64,000 bases of DNA from Ranitomeya imitator (taxonomy: Eukaryota), in NCBI RefSeq assembly GCF_032444005.1, contig NC_091290.1, positions 153,636,001-153,700,000 of the forward strand, written 5' to 3'. This document shows, piece after piece, positions 23,875 through 36,662 of the stretch. The position numbers were made by a program, and so were the translations under genes. The notes beneath the pieces were generated by a model that was not told the origin of the DNA, did no database searches, and saw only the letters and a program-made list of their open reading frames with translations. Numbering within the stretch: position 1 is the stretch's first letter; every line of letters starts with the position of its first letter.

Positions 23875-25139
23875 TGTGATGAATAAAGTTCCTTTTAGCA
23901 TGGTAATGAAGTTAAGCTCAGTGTAGCAGGCAGAAGGTACTTCAAAGCTTAAAGGGACACTGTCACCTGAATTTGGAGGGAACAATTTTCCATAGGGGCG
24001 GGGTTTTCAGGTGTTTGATTCACCCTTTCCTTACCCGCTGGCTGCATTATTGGATTGAAGTTCATTCTCTGTCCTCCGTAGTACATATGACTGCACAAGG
24101 TAATCTTGCACAGCGCAGGAGTGTACTATGGAGGACAGAGAATGAACTTCAATCCAATAATGCAGCCAGCGGTTAAGGAAAGGGTGAATCAAACACCCGA
24201 AAACCCCACCCCTATGGCTGAAAATTGTTCCCTCCAAATTCAGGTGACAGAGTCCCTTTAATGAGAAAGTCACACCAGCAGGGGGCATGGAGAAACCTGA
24301 GGGATCAATTAAAGCACGCATGTCAGGTGGCTCCAGGAGCCTAAGTCTATTATCTGCCCAGCCGGACTGTCTCCGCCATGAAATTATGAACGCGTCATCC
24401 GAGGTACAGGCTCATAAAAAATATCCTCATGGCCCTGAAGAAATTGCGCATCTGACCGTGCAACTCCCGGGTCCGTGGGAGTTCTGAAACCTGAGATATG
24501 GAGATCAGCCTCCCACAGCGACTGAATGAGTCCAGGTTTGATCCCTTTACGACTGGCAGAACAAACCTCATGTGCTGGTACTGCCCGTATACTGACCCGA
24601 CCACCCTGAGAGCAGCTATTCCATATATTAGATACTGGGCACAGATTTTGCAGTTAAGCTGAGGGGTGGAGATTGCTAGCCCACCCAGTTACAGTCATAG
24701 AAGGTTTAAGAGCTGAGGACACTGGAACTCACAACAGAAGAAGATGATGATAAACTAAGGAACAGGGTACGCCAGCCAGAGGGGAGCAAGCACACGCTTT
24801 CTGGGGGCTGCCCGGCAACTAAGTCTTGGACCTGCGGAAGGCTGCGCCCCCCCGGCTTCCACAAGCGACCTTCAACCTGGTAAATTGACTTCCAGCTGTA
24901 TACCTTTAAGCCCTGTATTGTGATTGTTATATTTTACTGACTGTAACTCTTGATATATTTTGTCTGTATATTACTTGTAATTACCTAGTGCGCCCTTAAG
25001 GCAATTAAATCATAAATTAATTTTGGGCTGATCCTTTTACTCTGATTGCGAATCTTAGAATACCCAGTATGGGTAACAGGGCAGTCTCCCTGGCGGCCAC
25101 TTGCTTGGTGACGTGGGAGGAACCTGGGTTTCCTTCACA
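23875..25139 (+). mobile_element. Solo LTR (about 0.96 kb plus nested MITE), TGTGA...TCACA termini, 5-bp TSD AAAAG
   Basis: AAAAG at 23870-23874 and 25140-25144; 5-bp inverted termini; AATTAAA near the 3' end. Confidence 0.7.
23953..24257. mobile_element. Palindromic T2/Kolobok-type MITE with TTAA TSD
   Basis: TTAA|AGGGACACTGTCACC...GGTGACAGAGTCCCT|TTAA; almost the whole 305 bp is self-complementary. Confidence 0.92.
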
Positions 25140-25176
25140 AAAAGTATTCAGGCGAATCGCATATATGATAGTAACT

Positions 25177-28100
25177 AGATGGAGGCCCAGTGCTATCACA
25201 TCGGGAGGGCGGTAATGTCACGATAGAGGCCCAGTGTTATCACATCGGGAGGGCGGAAATGTCGCGATGGGGGCCCAGTGCTATCACATCGGGAGGGCGG
25301 TAATGTCACAATGAGGCCCAGTGCTATCACATCGGGAGGGCGGAAATGTCACAATGAGGCCCAGTGCTATCACATCGGGAGGGCGGTAATGTCACAATGA
25401 GGCCCAGTGCTATCACATCGGGAGGGCGGTAATGTCACAATGAGGCCCAGTGCTATCACATCAGGAGGGCGGTAATGTCACGATAGAGGCCCAGTGCTAT
25501 CACATCGGGAGGGCGGTAATGTCACGATGGAGGCCCAGTGCTATCACATCGGGAGGGCGGTAATGTCACGATGGAGGCCCAGTGCTATCACATCGGGAGG
25601 GCGGTAATGTCACGATGGGGGCCCAGTGCTATCACATCGGGAGGGCGGTAATGTCACGATGGAGGCCCAGTGCTATCACATCGGGAGGGCGGTAATGTCA
25701 CGATGGGGGCCCAGTGCTATCACATCGGGAGGGCGGTAATGTCACGATGGGGGCCCAGTGCTATCACATCAGGAGGGCGGTAATGTCACAATGAGGCCCA
25801 GTGCTATCACATCGGGAGGGCGGTAATGTCACGATGGAGGCCCAGTGCTATCACATCGGGAGGGCGGTAATGTCACGATGGGGGCCCAGTGCTATCACAT
25901 CAGGAGGGCGGTAATGTCACAATGAGGCCCAGTGCTATCACATCGGGAGGGCGGTAATGTCACAATGAGGCCCAGTGCTATCACATCAGGAGGGCGGTAA
26001 TGTCACGATAGAGGCCCAGTGCTATCACATCGGGAGGGCGGTAATGTCGCGATGGGGGCCCAGTGCTATCACATCGGGAGGGCGGTAATGTCACAATGAG
26101 GCCCAGTGCTATCACATCGGGAGGGCGGTAATGTCACGATAGAGGCCCAGTGCTATCACATCGGGAGGGCGGTAATGTCACGATGGAGGCCCAGTGCTAT
26201 CACATCGGGAGGGCGGTAATGTCACGATGGAGGCCCAGTGCTATCACATCGGGAGGGCGGTAATGTCACGATGGAGGCCCAGTGCTATCACATCGGGAGG
26301 GCGGTAATGTCACGATGGAGGCCCAGTGCTATCACATCGGGAGGGCGGTAATGTCACGATAGAGGCCCAGTGCTATCACATCGGGAGGGTGGAAATGTCG
26401 CGATGGGGGCCCAGTGCTATCACATCGGGAGGGCGGTAATGTCACAATGAGGCCCAGAGCTATCACATCGGGAGGGCGGTAATGTCACGATGGAGACCCA
26501 GTGCTATCACATCGGGAGGGCGGTAATGTCACAATGAGGCCCAGTGCTATCACATCAGGAGGGCGGTAATGTCACGATAGAGGCCCAGTGCTATCACATC
26601 AGGAGGGCGGTAATGTCACGATAGAGGCCCAGTGCTATCACATCGGGAGGGCGGTAATGTCACGATGGAGGCCCAGTGCTATCACATCGGGAGGGCGGTA
26701 ATGTCACAATGAGGCCCAGTGCTATCACATCGGGAGGGCGGTAATGTCACGATAGAGGCCCAGTGCTATCACATCGGGAGGGCGGTAATGTCACGATGGA
26801 GGCCCAGTGCTATCACGTCGGGAGGGTGGTAATGTCACGATGGAGGCCCAGTGCTATCACATCGGGAGGGCGGTAATGTCACGATAGAGGCCCAGTGCTA
26901 TCACATCGGGAGGGCGGTAATGTCACGATGGAGGCCCAGTGCTATCACATCGGGAGGGCGGTAATGTCACGATGGAGGCCCAGTGCTATCACATCGGGAG
27001 GGCGGTAATGTCGCGATGGGGGCCCAGTGCTATCACATCGGGAGGGCGGTAATGTCACGATAGAGGCTCAGTGCTATCACATCGGGAGGGCGGTAATGTC
27101 ACAATGAGGCCCAGTGCTATCACATCAGGAGGGCGGTAATGTCGCGATGGGGGCCCAGTGCTATCACTTCGGGAGGGCGGTAATGTCACGATGGAGGCCC
27201 AGTGCTATCACTTCGGGAGGGCGGTAATGTCACGATGGAGGCCCAGTGCTATCACATCGGGAGGGTGGTAATGTCACGATGGAGGCCCAGTGCTATCACT
27301 TCGGGAGGGCGGTAATGTCACGATGGAGGCTCAGTGCTATCACATCGGGAGGGCGGTAATGTCACGATGGAGGCCCAGTGCTATCACATCGGGAGGGCGG
27401 TAATGTCACGATGGAGGCCCAGTGCCATCACATCGGGAGGGCGGTAATGTCGCGATGGGGGCCCAGTGCTATCACATCGGGAGGGCGGTAATGTCACGAT
27501 GGGGGCCCAGTGCTATCACATCGGGAGGGCGGTAATGTCACGATGGAGGCCCAGTGCTATCACATCGGGAGGGCGGTAATGTCGCGATGGGGGCCCAGTG
27601 CTATCACATCTGGAGGGCGGTAATGTCACGATGGGGGCCCAGTGCTATCACATCGGGAGGGCGGTAATGTCACGATGGGGGCCCAGTGCTATCACATCGG
27701 GAGGACGGTAATGTCACGATGGAGGCCCAGTGCTATCACATCGGGAGGGCGGTAATGTCACGATGGGGGCCCAGTGCTATCACATCGGGAGGGCGGTAAT
27801 GTCACGATGGAGGCCCAGTGCTATCACATCGGGAGGGCGGTAATGTCGCGATGGAGGCCCAGTGCTATCACATCGGGAGGGCGGTAATGTCGCGATGGGG
27901 GCCCAGTGCTATCACATCGGGAGGGCGGTAATGTCACGATGGGGGCCCAGTGCTATCACATCGGGAGGGCGGTAATGTCACGATGGAGGCCCAGTGCTAT
28001 CACATCGGGAGGGCGGTAATGTCACGATGGAGACCCAGTGCTATCACATCGGGAGGGCGGTAATGTCACGATGGAGGCCCAGTGCTATCACATCGGGAGG

Positions 28101-30190
28101 GCGGTAATGTCACGATGGAGGCCCAGTGCTATCACATCGGGAGGGCGGTAATGTCACGATGGAGGCCCAGTGCTATCACATCGGGAGGGCGGTAATGTCG
28201 CGATGGGGGCCCAGTGCTATCACATCGGGAGGGCGGTAATGTCACGATGGAGGCCCAGTGCTATCACATCGGGAGGGCGGTAATGTCACGATGGAGGCCC
28301 AGTGCTATCACATCGGGAGGGCGGTAATGTCACGATGGAGGCCCAGTGCTATCACATCGGGAGGGCGGTAATGTCACGATGGAGGCCCAGTGCTATCACA
28401 TCAGGAGGGCGGTAATGTCACGATGGAGGCCCAGTGCTATCACATCGGGAGGGCGGTAATGTCGCGATGGAGGCCCAGTGCTATCACATCGGGAGGGCGG
28501 TAATGTCGCGATGGGGGCCCAGTGCTATCACATCGGGAGGGCGGTAATGTCACGATGGGGGCCCAGTGCTATCACATCGGGAGGGCGGTAATGTCACGAT
28601 AGAGGCCCAGTGCTATCACATCGGGAGGGCGGTAATGTCGCGATGGAGGCCCAGTGCTATCACATCGGGAGGGCGGTAATGTCACGATGGAGGCCCAGTG
28701 CTATCACATCGGGAGGGCGGTAATGTCGCGATGGGGGCCCAGTGCTATCACATCGGGAGGGCGGTAATGTCGCGATGGGGGCCCAGTGCTATCACATCGG
28801 GAGGGCGGTAATGTCACGATGGGGGCCCAGTGCTATCACATCGGGAGGGCGGTAATGTCACGATAGAGGCCCAGTGCTATCACATCGGGAGGGCGGTAAT
28901 GTCGCGATGGAGGCCCAGTGCTATCACATCGGGAGGGCGGTAATGTCACGATGGAGGCCCAGTGCTATCACATCGGGAGGGCGGTAATGTCGCGATGGGG
29001 GCCCAGTGCTATCACATCGGGAGGGCGGTAATGTCACGATGGGGGCCCAGTGCTATCACATCGGGAGGGCGGTAATGTCGCGATGGGGGCCCAGTGCTAT
29101 CACATCGGGAGGGCGGTAATGTCACGATGGAGGCCCAGTGCTATCACATCAGGAGGGCGGTAATGTCACGATGGAGGCCCAGTGCTATCACATCGGGAGG
29201 GCGGTAATGTCACGATGGAGGCCCAGTGCTATCACATCAGGAGGGCGGTAATGTCACGATGGAGGCCCAGTGCTATCACATCGGGAGGGCGGTAATGTCG
29301 CGATGGAGGCTCAGTGCTATCACATCGGGAGGGCGGTAATGTCACGATGGAGGCCCAGTGCTATCACATCGGGAGGGCGGTAATGTCGCGATAGAGGCCC
29401 AGTGCTATCACATCGGGAGGGTGGTAATGTCGCGATGGGGGCCCAGTGCTATCACATCGGGAGGGTGGTAATGTCGCGATGGGGGCCCAGTGCTATCACA
29501 TCAGGAGGGCGGTAATGTCGCGATGGGGGCCCAGTGCTATCACATCGGGAGGGCGGTAATGTCACGATGGAGGCCCAGTGCTATCACATCGGGAGGGCGG
29601 TAATGTCGCGATGGGGGCCCAGTGCTATCACATCGGGAGGGCGGTAATGTCACGATGGGGGCCCAGTGCTATCACATCGGGAGGGCGGTAATGTCACGAT
29701 AGAGGCCCAGTGCTATCACATCGGGAGGGCGGTAATGTCGCGATGGAGGCCCAGTGCTATCACATCGGGAGGGCGGTAATGTCGCGATGGAGGCCCAGTG
29801 CTATCACATCGGGAGGGCGGTAATGTCACGATGGAGGCCCAGTGCTATCACATCGGGAGGGTGGTAATGTCGCGATGGGGGCCCAGTGCTATCACATCGG
29901 GAGGGTGGTAATGTCGCGATGGGGGCCCAGTGCTATCACATCGGGAGGGCGGTAATGTCGCGATGGGGGCCCAGTGCTATCACATCGGGAGGGCGGTAAT
30001 GTCACGATGGGGGCCCAGTGCTATCACATCGGGAGGGCGGTAATGTCGCGATGGGGGCCCAGTGCTATCACATCGGGAGGGCGGTAATGTCACGATGGGG
30101 GCCCAGTGCTATCACATCGGGAGGGCGGTAATGTCACGATGGGGGCCCAGTGCTATCACATCGGGAGGGCGGTAATGTCGCGATGGGGGC
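25177..30190. repeat. Minisatellite, 43-44 bp unit (GGCCCAGTGCTATCACATCGGGAGGGCGGTAATGTCACGATGGA), about 114 copies
   Basis: Visible tandem array between UBA2 and WTIP. Confidence 0.99.
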
Positions 30191-31135
30191 TGGCTTTGCA
30201 GCGCTGAATCTCTCCCCTGTCAATTCTCTTTCCCCATGTGCTGACTTCTCCTGCCTGTGCTCTCTTGAGATCGCCGAAGATTCATTTTGAGAGGTAAAAT
30301 ATTGTTGAACAGTCAGTGAAATATTTTCTCCCCAATGTCTCCTCTGCGATCCCGTGCTGTAATGTCGTTGGTTTCTTCGCTCAGCAGAATCATTCACATA
30401 ATAAATGCCTGCAGATGTGTAGATGAGCGATTTATGATATTTCAGTGGAAAATTCAGAATATTCTGTTTTAGAATAAGTTCATATATGAGTTTTTAGAAT
30501 TATAAACAGATTATTATAATGTTTTGTATTATTTCTCAAATACCTTACGTGATCGGAAAAATCAGAATTAATTTCTAAAATCAGCACAAAAAAAATCTAT
30601 CATGAACATTCAAAATTGTCCGAGGGACAAAACCTTTGTAACAGTGTGATCTATGGATTTAATATGGCGCCAGGTGGAGGTTTCATGGCAGCACGGTGGT
30701 CCCTGCCCGGCGGCGCGTCACTGGACGTGGGTACAAGATGGCGTTTATTTGGTCCGTTCAGCTACAGGAGGAATCGGCCATTTTACAAAAGATGAAATAT
30801 AAATAACCTGGGAAGACGCAGACGGTGGAGCGCAGAGATGGCGGCCGAGCGCTGCGGTCACTGCTGCGGCCCCCGCAGGGAGGAGCGGACGTCTGACGTG
30901 GCACTTAGTAGAAATCAGCCATTACTTAACATTCGGGTGTGAGAACAACCCTAGGGACATAAATACAGAGAACAGGGGCCGGGACTGCCCCAAACACATG
31001 ACCCGATGGACAGACATGGCTTCCATCCCCGGGGCAGAACAGCGGGGGCCACAGCAGTGTTGTGGGGGGCCGCGGGTGACAACATTTATCACATAACAGA
31101 AAATATAAAAATACATTAGTGAGCGGCTCGGAGCC

Positions 31136-31305
31136 TCAGTCCAGCGCGATCACGTCCTCGTCCGGCTCCAGGCGCTTCCTCTTGTTGCTCACGGCCTCCT
31201 CTTCGGACAGCTTCCTCTTCAGCGTCACGGCCTCCATGTTGACGTCGCTGCCGCTCGGACTATCCTCCTCCGAGTCCACGATTAACACGTCGTCTGCTTC
31301 TTGCG
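31136..31305 (-). CDS. UBA2: UBA2 exon 17 (last)
   Basis: AQEADDVLIVDSEED...KRKRLEPDEDVIALD*. Confidence 0.95.
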
Positions 31306-31570
31306 CTGTAGAAACAGAAACGCCGCCATAAAGTGTCACAGCAAAACCCAGCCGGGATCCCACACAGAATTGCATGTCCGGCCTGCTGCTGGTCTCCGCC
31401 TGTTCACAGCTGAGGGGTTGTTACAGTCCTGCCCACTCTGCATACAGCCTGACCTCCAGACTGACACAATGTAACAATCCCTCAGCACAGATGAGCGATT
31501 TCCACACCCGTCCTATCAGGAAGCAGAGACGCTAAACAATCAGACATGGCGTATGCCTGCAGCTCGCTAC

Positions 31571-31707
31571 CTGCGGATGTTGACGGTTGTGCTCCGTCGT
31601 CGCTGCCGTTGGTGATACTTTTCCCACTATCCTCCGGGGATTTCTGAGGGGCTTTTTCTGGAGCGTCGCCGACAACCTCAAACTCCACATCCTTCTCCAA
31701 ATCTTCA
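31571..31707 (-). CDS. UBA2: UBA2 exon 16
   Basis: EDLEKDVEFEVVGDAPEK...ITNGSDDGAQPSTSA; AG/GT bounded. Confidence 0.95.
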
Positions 31708-31808
31708 CTGTAGAGTTCAATATACAAAGGTGAAGATGGCCGACCCCAAGCTCACGGGGTGCATACAAGCCCCCCAATCACTGCCTGCGGACCCCCAATG
31801 GTGCTCAC

Positions 31809-31914
31809 CTCTGTAGCACATTGATCAGCAGGGTGTAGTCCTGCAAAAAGTCGTCCGCCTGCAGCCGGGTGCCGTTCCGGATGCCAAAATCTGACAACTG
31901 TCGACTGTTGTTTG
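31809..31914 (-). CDS. UBA2: UBA2 exon 15
   Basis: NNSRQLSDFGIRNGTRLQADDFLQDYTLLINVLQ. Confidence 0.95.
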
Positions 31915-31964
31915 CTGGAAAAAAAAAAAGATTTAAAAATTCTGTGAGTGAAGACCAAGAGCAA

Positions 31965-32730
31965 GAGAAAGTGTGAACGGGGCAGAAGGAGGTCGCGGGG
32001 GCACGAGAGGGTGTGAACCGGGCAGGAGGTGGTCGCGGGGCACGAGAGGGTGTGAACCGGGCAGAAGGAGGTCGCGGGGCACGAGAGGGTGTGAACCGGG
32101 CAGAAGGAGGTCGCAGGGCACGAGAGGGTGTGAACGAGGCAGAAGAAGGTCGCAGGGCACGAGAGGGTGTGAACAAGGCAGAAGGAGGTCGCAGGGCACG
32201 AGAGGGTGTGAACGAGGCAGAAAGAGGTCGCGGGGCACGAGAGGGTGTGAACGAGGCAGAAGGAGGTCGCGGGGCACGAGAGGGTGTGAACCGGGTAGAA
32301 GGAGGTCGCAGGGCACGAGAGGGTGTGAACGAGGCAGAAGAAGGTCGCAGGGCACGAGAGGGTGTGAACAAGGCAGAAGGAGGTCGCAGGGCACGAGAGG
32401 GTGTGAACGAGGCAGAAAGAGGTCGCGGGGCACGAGAGGGTGTGAATGAGGCAGAAAGGTCGCGGGGCACGAGAGGGTGTGAACGAGGCAGAAGGAGGTC
32501 GCGGGGCACGAGAGGGTGTGAACGAGGCAGAAGGAGGTCGCGGGGCACGAGAGGGTGTGAGCGGGGCAGAAGGAGGTCGCGGGTCACGAGAGGGTGTGAG
32601 CGGGGCAGAAGGAGGTCGCGGGTCACGAGAGGGTGTGAACGGGGCAGAAGGAGGTCGCAGGGCACGAGAGGGTGTGAACGAGGCAGAAGGAGGTCACGGG
32701 AGCATGAGAGGGTGTGAGCGAGGCAGGAGG
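31965..32730. repeat. Minisatellite, 39 bp unit (GGGCACGAGAGGGTGTGAACGAGGCAGAAGGAGGTCGCR), UBA2 intron 14
   Basis: About 19 visible copies. Confidence 0.97.
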
Positions 32731-32925
32731 TGACGGGAACACGAGATGGGTTCACTAGAGGAGGAGAATATTGGGGGTACATATTACAGGATCACCGGTT
32801 GCACCCCATGTCCAGGCAGCGTTTGTGTGAAGGGGGCGGCAGAACATACAGAACCACCAACCACTTAGCGCAGTCACCTGGTCCACTAGAGACCAATCCC
32901 TGCTGCCGCCATCACTGACAGCACG

Positions 32926-32939
32926 GCGCCCTCTACTGG
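32926..32939 (-). promoter_or_regulatory. CTCF-like motif CCAGTAGAGGGCGC in UBA2 intron 14
   Basis: Matches CCASYAGRKGGCRS; motif only. Confidence 0.4.
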
Positions 32940-33127
32940 TGCACATCAGGGACACATTTCCTGACTCCCTCCAACACATCTGAACACAATGAAGCCATTT
33001 GCAAATAATGATTGCAAATTTCGTCAAGTTTTGTGTCTCCAGCACCTTCTGCGCTTCCATAGTTACAGATAAACCCACCCTGCGCCGCCCACTCTGCAGT
33101 CGTCTCCCTCATGTTGGCGTCACTCAC

Positions 33128-33224
33128 CTTCCGTCTCTCCCTCCTCCGAGGAGATGAGGATGGTGCCTTTCCCGTCTTCAATCTGCACGTCGGGGGCCAC
33201 CATGCCGAACTTCTCCTTTATTAT
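33128..33224 (-). CDS. UBA2: UBA2 exon 14
   Basis: IIKEKFGMVAPDVQIEDGKGTILISSEEGETE. Confidence 0.95.
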
Positions 33225-33345
33225 CTGGAAGACGTAAAACATCCATTACTGTGAGTCGCTGTGGGGCTGACCTACAGGGCGGCTCATCTCCACCTCGGAC
33301 ACCCTACGGAGACCGGCCTTGTGAGGGCTCGCCGTGGGCACCAAC

Positions 33346-33501
33346 CTTGTCCTGCAGAGTCTGCACAGTCACTTTGTGAACATTTAACTTGACGGTGACC
33401 TCGGGCCGGCTGGCGCACACGTAGCAGTTGGTGTTGGGGGGGTCCAGCACGCACGGCACCAGCAGCTTCTTGCGGGGGTTCGGCTGCTTGTTCAGAAACA
33501 C
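33346..33501 (-). CDS. UBA2: UBA2 exon 13
   Basis: VFLNKQPNPRKKLLVPCVLDPPNTNCYVCASRPEVTVKLNVHKVTVQTLQDK. Confidence 0.95.
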
Positions 33502-33578
33502 CTAGAAGATGGAGCACGGGTCAGGGTCTCACCCCCAATCTGAAGCCAGACCTCCAGGATGAAAGACAAGCCCCGCAC

Positions 33579-33691
33579 CGTTCTACACTGCTCCAGGTTC
33601 CCCGCCAGGATCTTCAGCCCCTCCAGCACGATCAGCCCCGATATGACGGCGTTGGTTGTGGCGATCGCTGGAATGATGTTCCCGGCCATTG
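33579..33691 (-). CDS. UBA2: UBA2 exon 12
   Basis: MAGNIIPAIATTNAVISGLIVLEGLKILAGNLEQCRT. Confidence 0.95.
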
Positions 33692-33792
33692 CTGTGTGAA
33701 CAAGACACGTCCTTTACTGACGGCATCTATAAGGAAACACTGGGGGAGCTGAGCGGACGCCCAGCACACTAGGAGCGGGCACAAGAGCTTAC

Positions 33793-33886
33793 ACTTTATA
33801 TCAAACCGGCTCTTCATGGCCATACTGAAGATGTACATCCGGAGGTTAGCAGCGGAGGTGACGAAGTCCATCGCTGGGGGGTCGTC
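33793..33886 (-). CDS. UBA2: UBA2 exon 11
   Basis: DDPPAMDFVTSAANLRMYIFSMAMKSRFDIK. Confidence 0.95.
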
Positions 33887-34240
33887 CTACAGAAGGGAAC
33901 CCTGGGATTAGATGGGGGGGTGACACTATCATAGCGTTATATCACACTTCTATAGCGGATCTGATGGCGGCTCACATGCAGCGTAATGGACGCACGTACA
34001 CTCCGACAGAAGAATAATTTATACAACCAATGGATGAAAGTTACGTCAGGTTATAAGATTTTATTTACATAACATGGATAAGCCACATCACTTCTGTCAG
34101 GGAGGGTATTCACCTGCGTTTCTGCTACATACGGACTTCCACCGATCCATAGTAAAGGGGCCGCTTTCTCAGGATCAGGTGGGGCCGTGTCAGCAGCACA
34201 TATAACAATATGGATGGTCAATCAGAAAAGACAGACGCAC

Positions 34241-34404
34241 CTTGTCCCAGACGAGCTCACCGCCGTCTCCCTTTTTCGATATCTGATCCCTTAAAGTCTC
34301 AACACTATGAGAAAACAGCTGAGCGTAGCCAGTGACGTCCAGAACCTGCTGGTCCTTCAGGCCGACCCCTGAGGACGTCGTCCTCTGATCTGCAGAATCG
34401 TTCT
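34241..34404 (-). CDS. UBA2: UBA2 exon 10
   Basis: NDSADQRTTSSGVGLKDQQVLDVTGYAQLFSHSVETLRDQISKKGDGGELVWDK. Confidence 0.9.
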
Positions 34405-34425
34405 CTACGGAAGAAAGTAATGATA

Positions 34426-36197
34426 AAAGGGAAAACTGCGGAAGAGACTGGACGCATCAGAAGAGAAAACTGCGGAAGAGACCGGAAGCATCAGAAGGGA
34501 AAACTGCGGAAGAGACCGGACGCATCAGAGAGAAAACTGCGGAAGAGACCGGACACATGAGAAGAGAAAACTGCGGAAGAGACCGGACACATCAGAAGAG
34601 AAAACTGCGAAAGAGACCGGAAGCATCAGAAGGGAAAACTGCGGAAGAGACCGGACGCATCAGAAGAGAAAACTGCAGAAGAGACCGGACGCATCAGAAG
34701 GGAAAACTGCGGAAGAGACCGGACGCATCAGAAGAGAAAACTGCAGAAGAGACTGGACGCATCAGAAGAGAAAACTGCGAAAGAGACCGGAAGCATCAGA
34801 AGGGAAAACTGCGGAAGAGACCGGACGCATCAGAAGGGAAAACTGCGGAAGAGACCGGACGCATCAGAAGAGAAAACTGCAGAAGAGACCGGACGCATCA
34901 GAAGGGAAAACTGCGGAAGAGACCGGACGCATCAGAAGAGAAAACTGCAGAAGAGACTGGACGCATCAGAAGAGAAAACTGCGAAAGAGACCGGAAGCAT
35001 CAGAAGGGAAAACTGCGGAAGAGACCGGACGCATCAGAAGGGAAAACTGCGGAAGAGACTGGACGCATCAGAGAGAAAACTGCGAAAGAGACCGGAAGCA
35101 TCAGAAGGGAAAACTGCAGAAGAGACCGGACGCATCAGAAGAGAAAACTGCAGAAGAGACCGGACGCATCAGAAGAGAAAACTGCAGAAGAGACCGGACG
35201 CATCAGAAGGGAAAACTGCGGAAGAGACCGGACGCATCAGAAGAGAAAACTGCGAAAGAGACCGGAAGCATCAGAAGGGAAAACTGCAGAAGAGACCGGA
35301 CGCATCAGAAGGGAAAACTGCGGAAGAGACCGGAAGCATCAGAAGGGAAAACTGCGGAAGAGACCGGACGCATCAGAAGAGAAAACTGCAGAAAAGACCG
35401 GACGCATCAGAAGAGAAAACTGCAGAAGAGACCGGACGCATCAGAAGAGAAAACTGCGAAAGAGACCGGAAGCATCAGAAGGGAAAACTGCGGAAGAGAC
35501 CGGAAGCATCAGAAGGGAAAACTGCGGAAGAGACCGGACGCATCAGAAGAGAAAACTGCAGAAAAGACCGGACGCATCAGAAGAGAAAACTGCAGAAGAG
35601 ACCGGACGCATCAGAAGAGAAAACTGCGAAAGAGACCGGAAGCATCAGAAGGGAAAACTGCGGAAGAGACCGGAAGCATCAGAAGGGAAAACTGCGGAAG
35701 AGACCGGACGCATCAGAAGAGAAAACTGCAGAAGAGACCGGACGCATCAGAAGAGAAAACTGCAGAAGAGACCGGACGCATCAGAAGGGAAAACTGCGGA
35801 AGAGACCGGACGCATCAGAGAGAAAACTGCGGAAGAGACCGGACGTATCAGAAGAGAAAACTGCAGAAGAGACCGGACGCATCAGAAGAGAAAACTGCGG
35901 AAGAGACCGGACGCATCAGAAGAGAAAACTGCGGAAGAGACCGGACGTATCAGAAGAGAAAACTGCAGAAGAGACCGGACGCATCAGAGAGAAAACTGCG
36001 GAAGAGACCGGACGCATCAGAAGAGAAAACTGCAGAAGAGACCGGACGCATCAGAAGAGAAAACTGCAGAAGAGACCGGACGCATCAGAAGGGAAAACTG
36101 CGGAAGAGACCGGACGTATCAGAAGAGAAAACTGCGGAAGAGACCGGACGCATCAGAAGGGAAAACTGCGGAAGAGACCGGACGCATCAGAAGGAAA
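34426..36197. repeat. Minisatellite, 34 bp unit (GAAGAGAAAACTGCGGAAGAGACCGGACGCATCA), fills UBA2 intron 9
   Basis: About 50 visible copies. Confidence 0.98.
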
Positions 36198-36230
36198 ATA
36201 CCTGAGACCAGTACTAAGTGTGATCATTAC

Positions 36231-36330
36231 CGCTGCTCTGCAGGCCGGCCCAGTCCAGGGGCACCGGGGGCTTCCTCTTCCTCCACAACTTGTCCATAGT
36301 CAGAAGATAGCGAATATCATCTTTGAAAAG
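36231..36330 (-). CDS. UBA2: UBA2 exon 9
   Basis: LFKDDIRYLLTMDKLWRKRKPPVPLDWAGLQSS. Confidence 0.95.
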
Positions 36331-36662
36331 CTGTAAGAAGGGACGTCATGATCAGAACAGCACACGTCACCCGCCGCCTCTTACCAAGGAACAGTGGCCG
36401 ATACAGCACCTGTCACCCCCAAACGGCAACTGCTATCCCCCCAAGAAACAGTACCTTGAAACCCCCCCCAAACAGCGCCCCCTTCATTCTCCAAATAGCA
36501 CCCAGTCCTTCACTCCAGACAGCCCCCAGCACCCCATCTCTGCTCAAAGAGTCCTCGTAAAAAACCCTGCTCACTTCCTCAAACAGCACCCGACACCTCC
36601 TCTAACAGCTCCCAGCACCCCTCCCCCCAGGAAAAGACCCCAACAGCACAGGAGCTAATTAC

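Noticed and set aside
25177-30190. CRISPR-like regular repeats (here and in the other arrays)
   Set aside because: Units are directly adjacent with no unique spacers, there are no cas genes, and the context is eukaryotic.
34557-36299. 580-aa Lys/Arg/Glu-rich ORF
   Set aside because: Antisense translation of the UBA2 intron-9 array.
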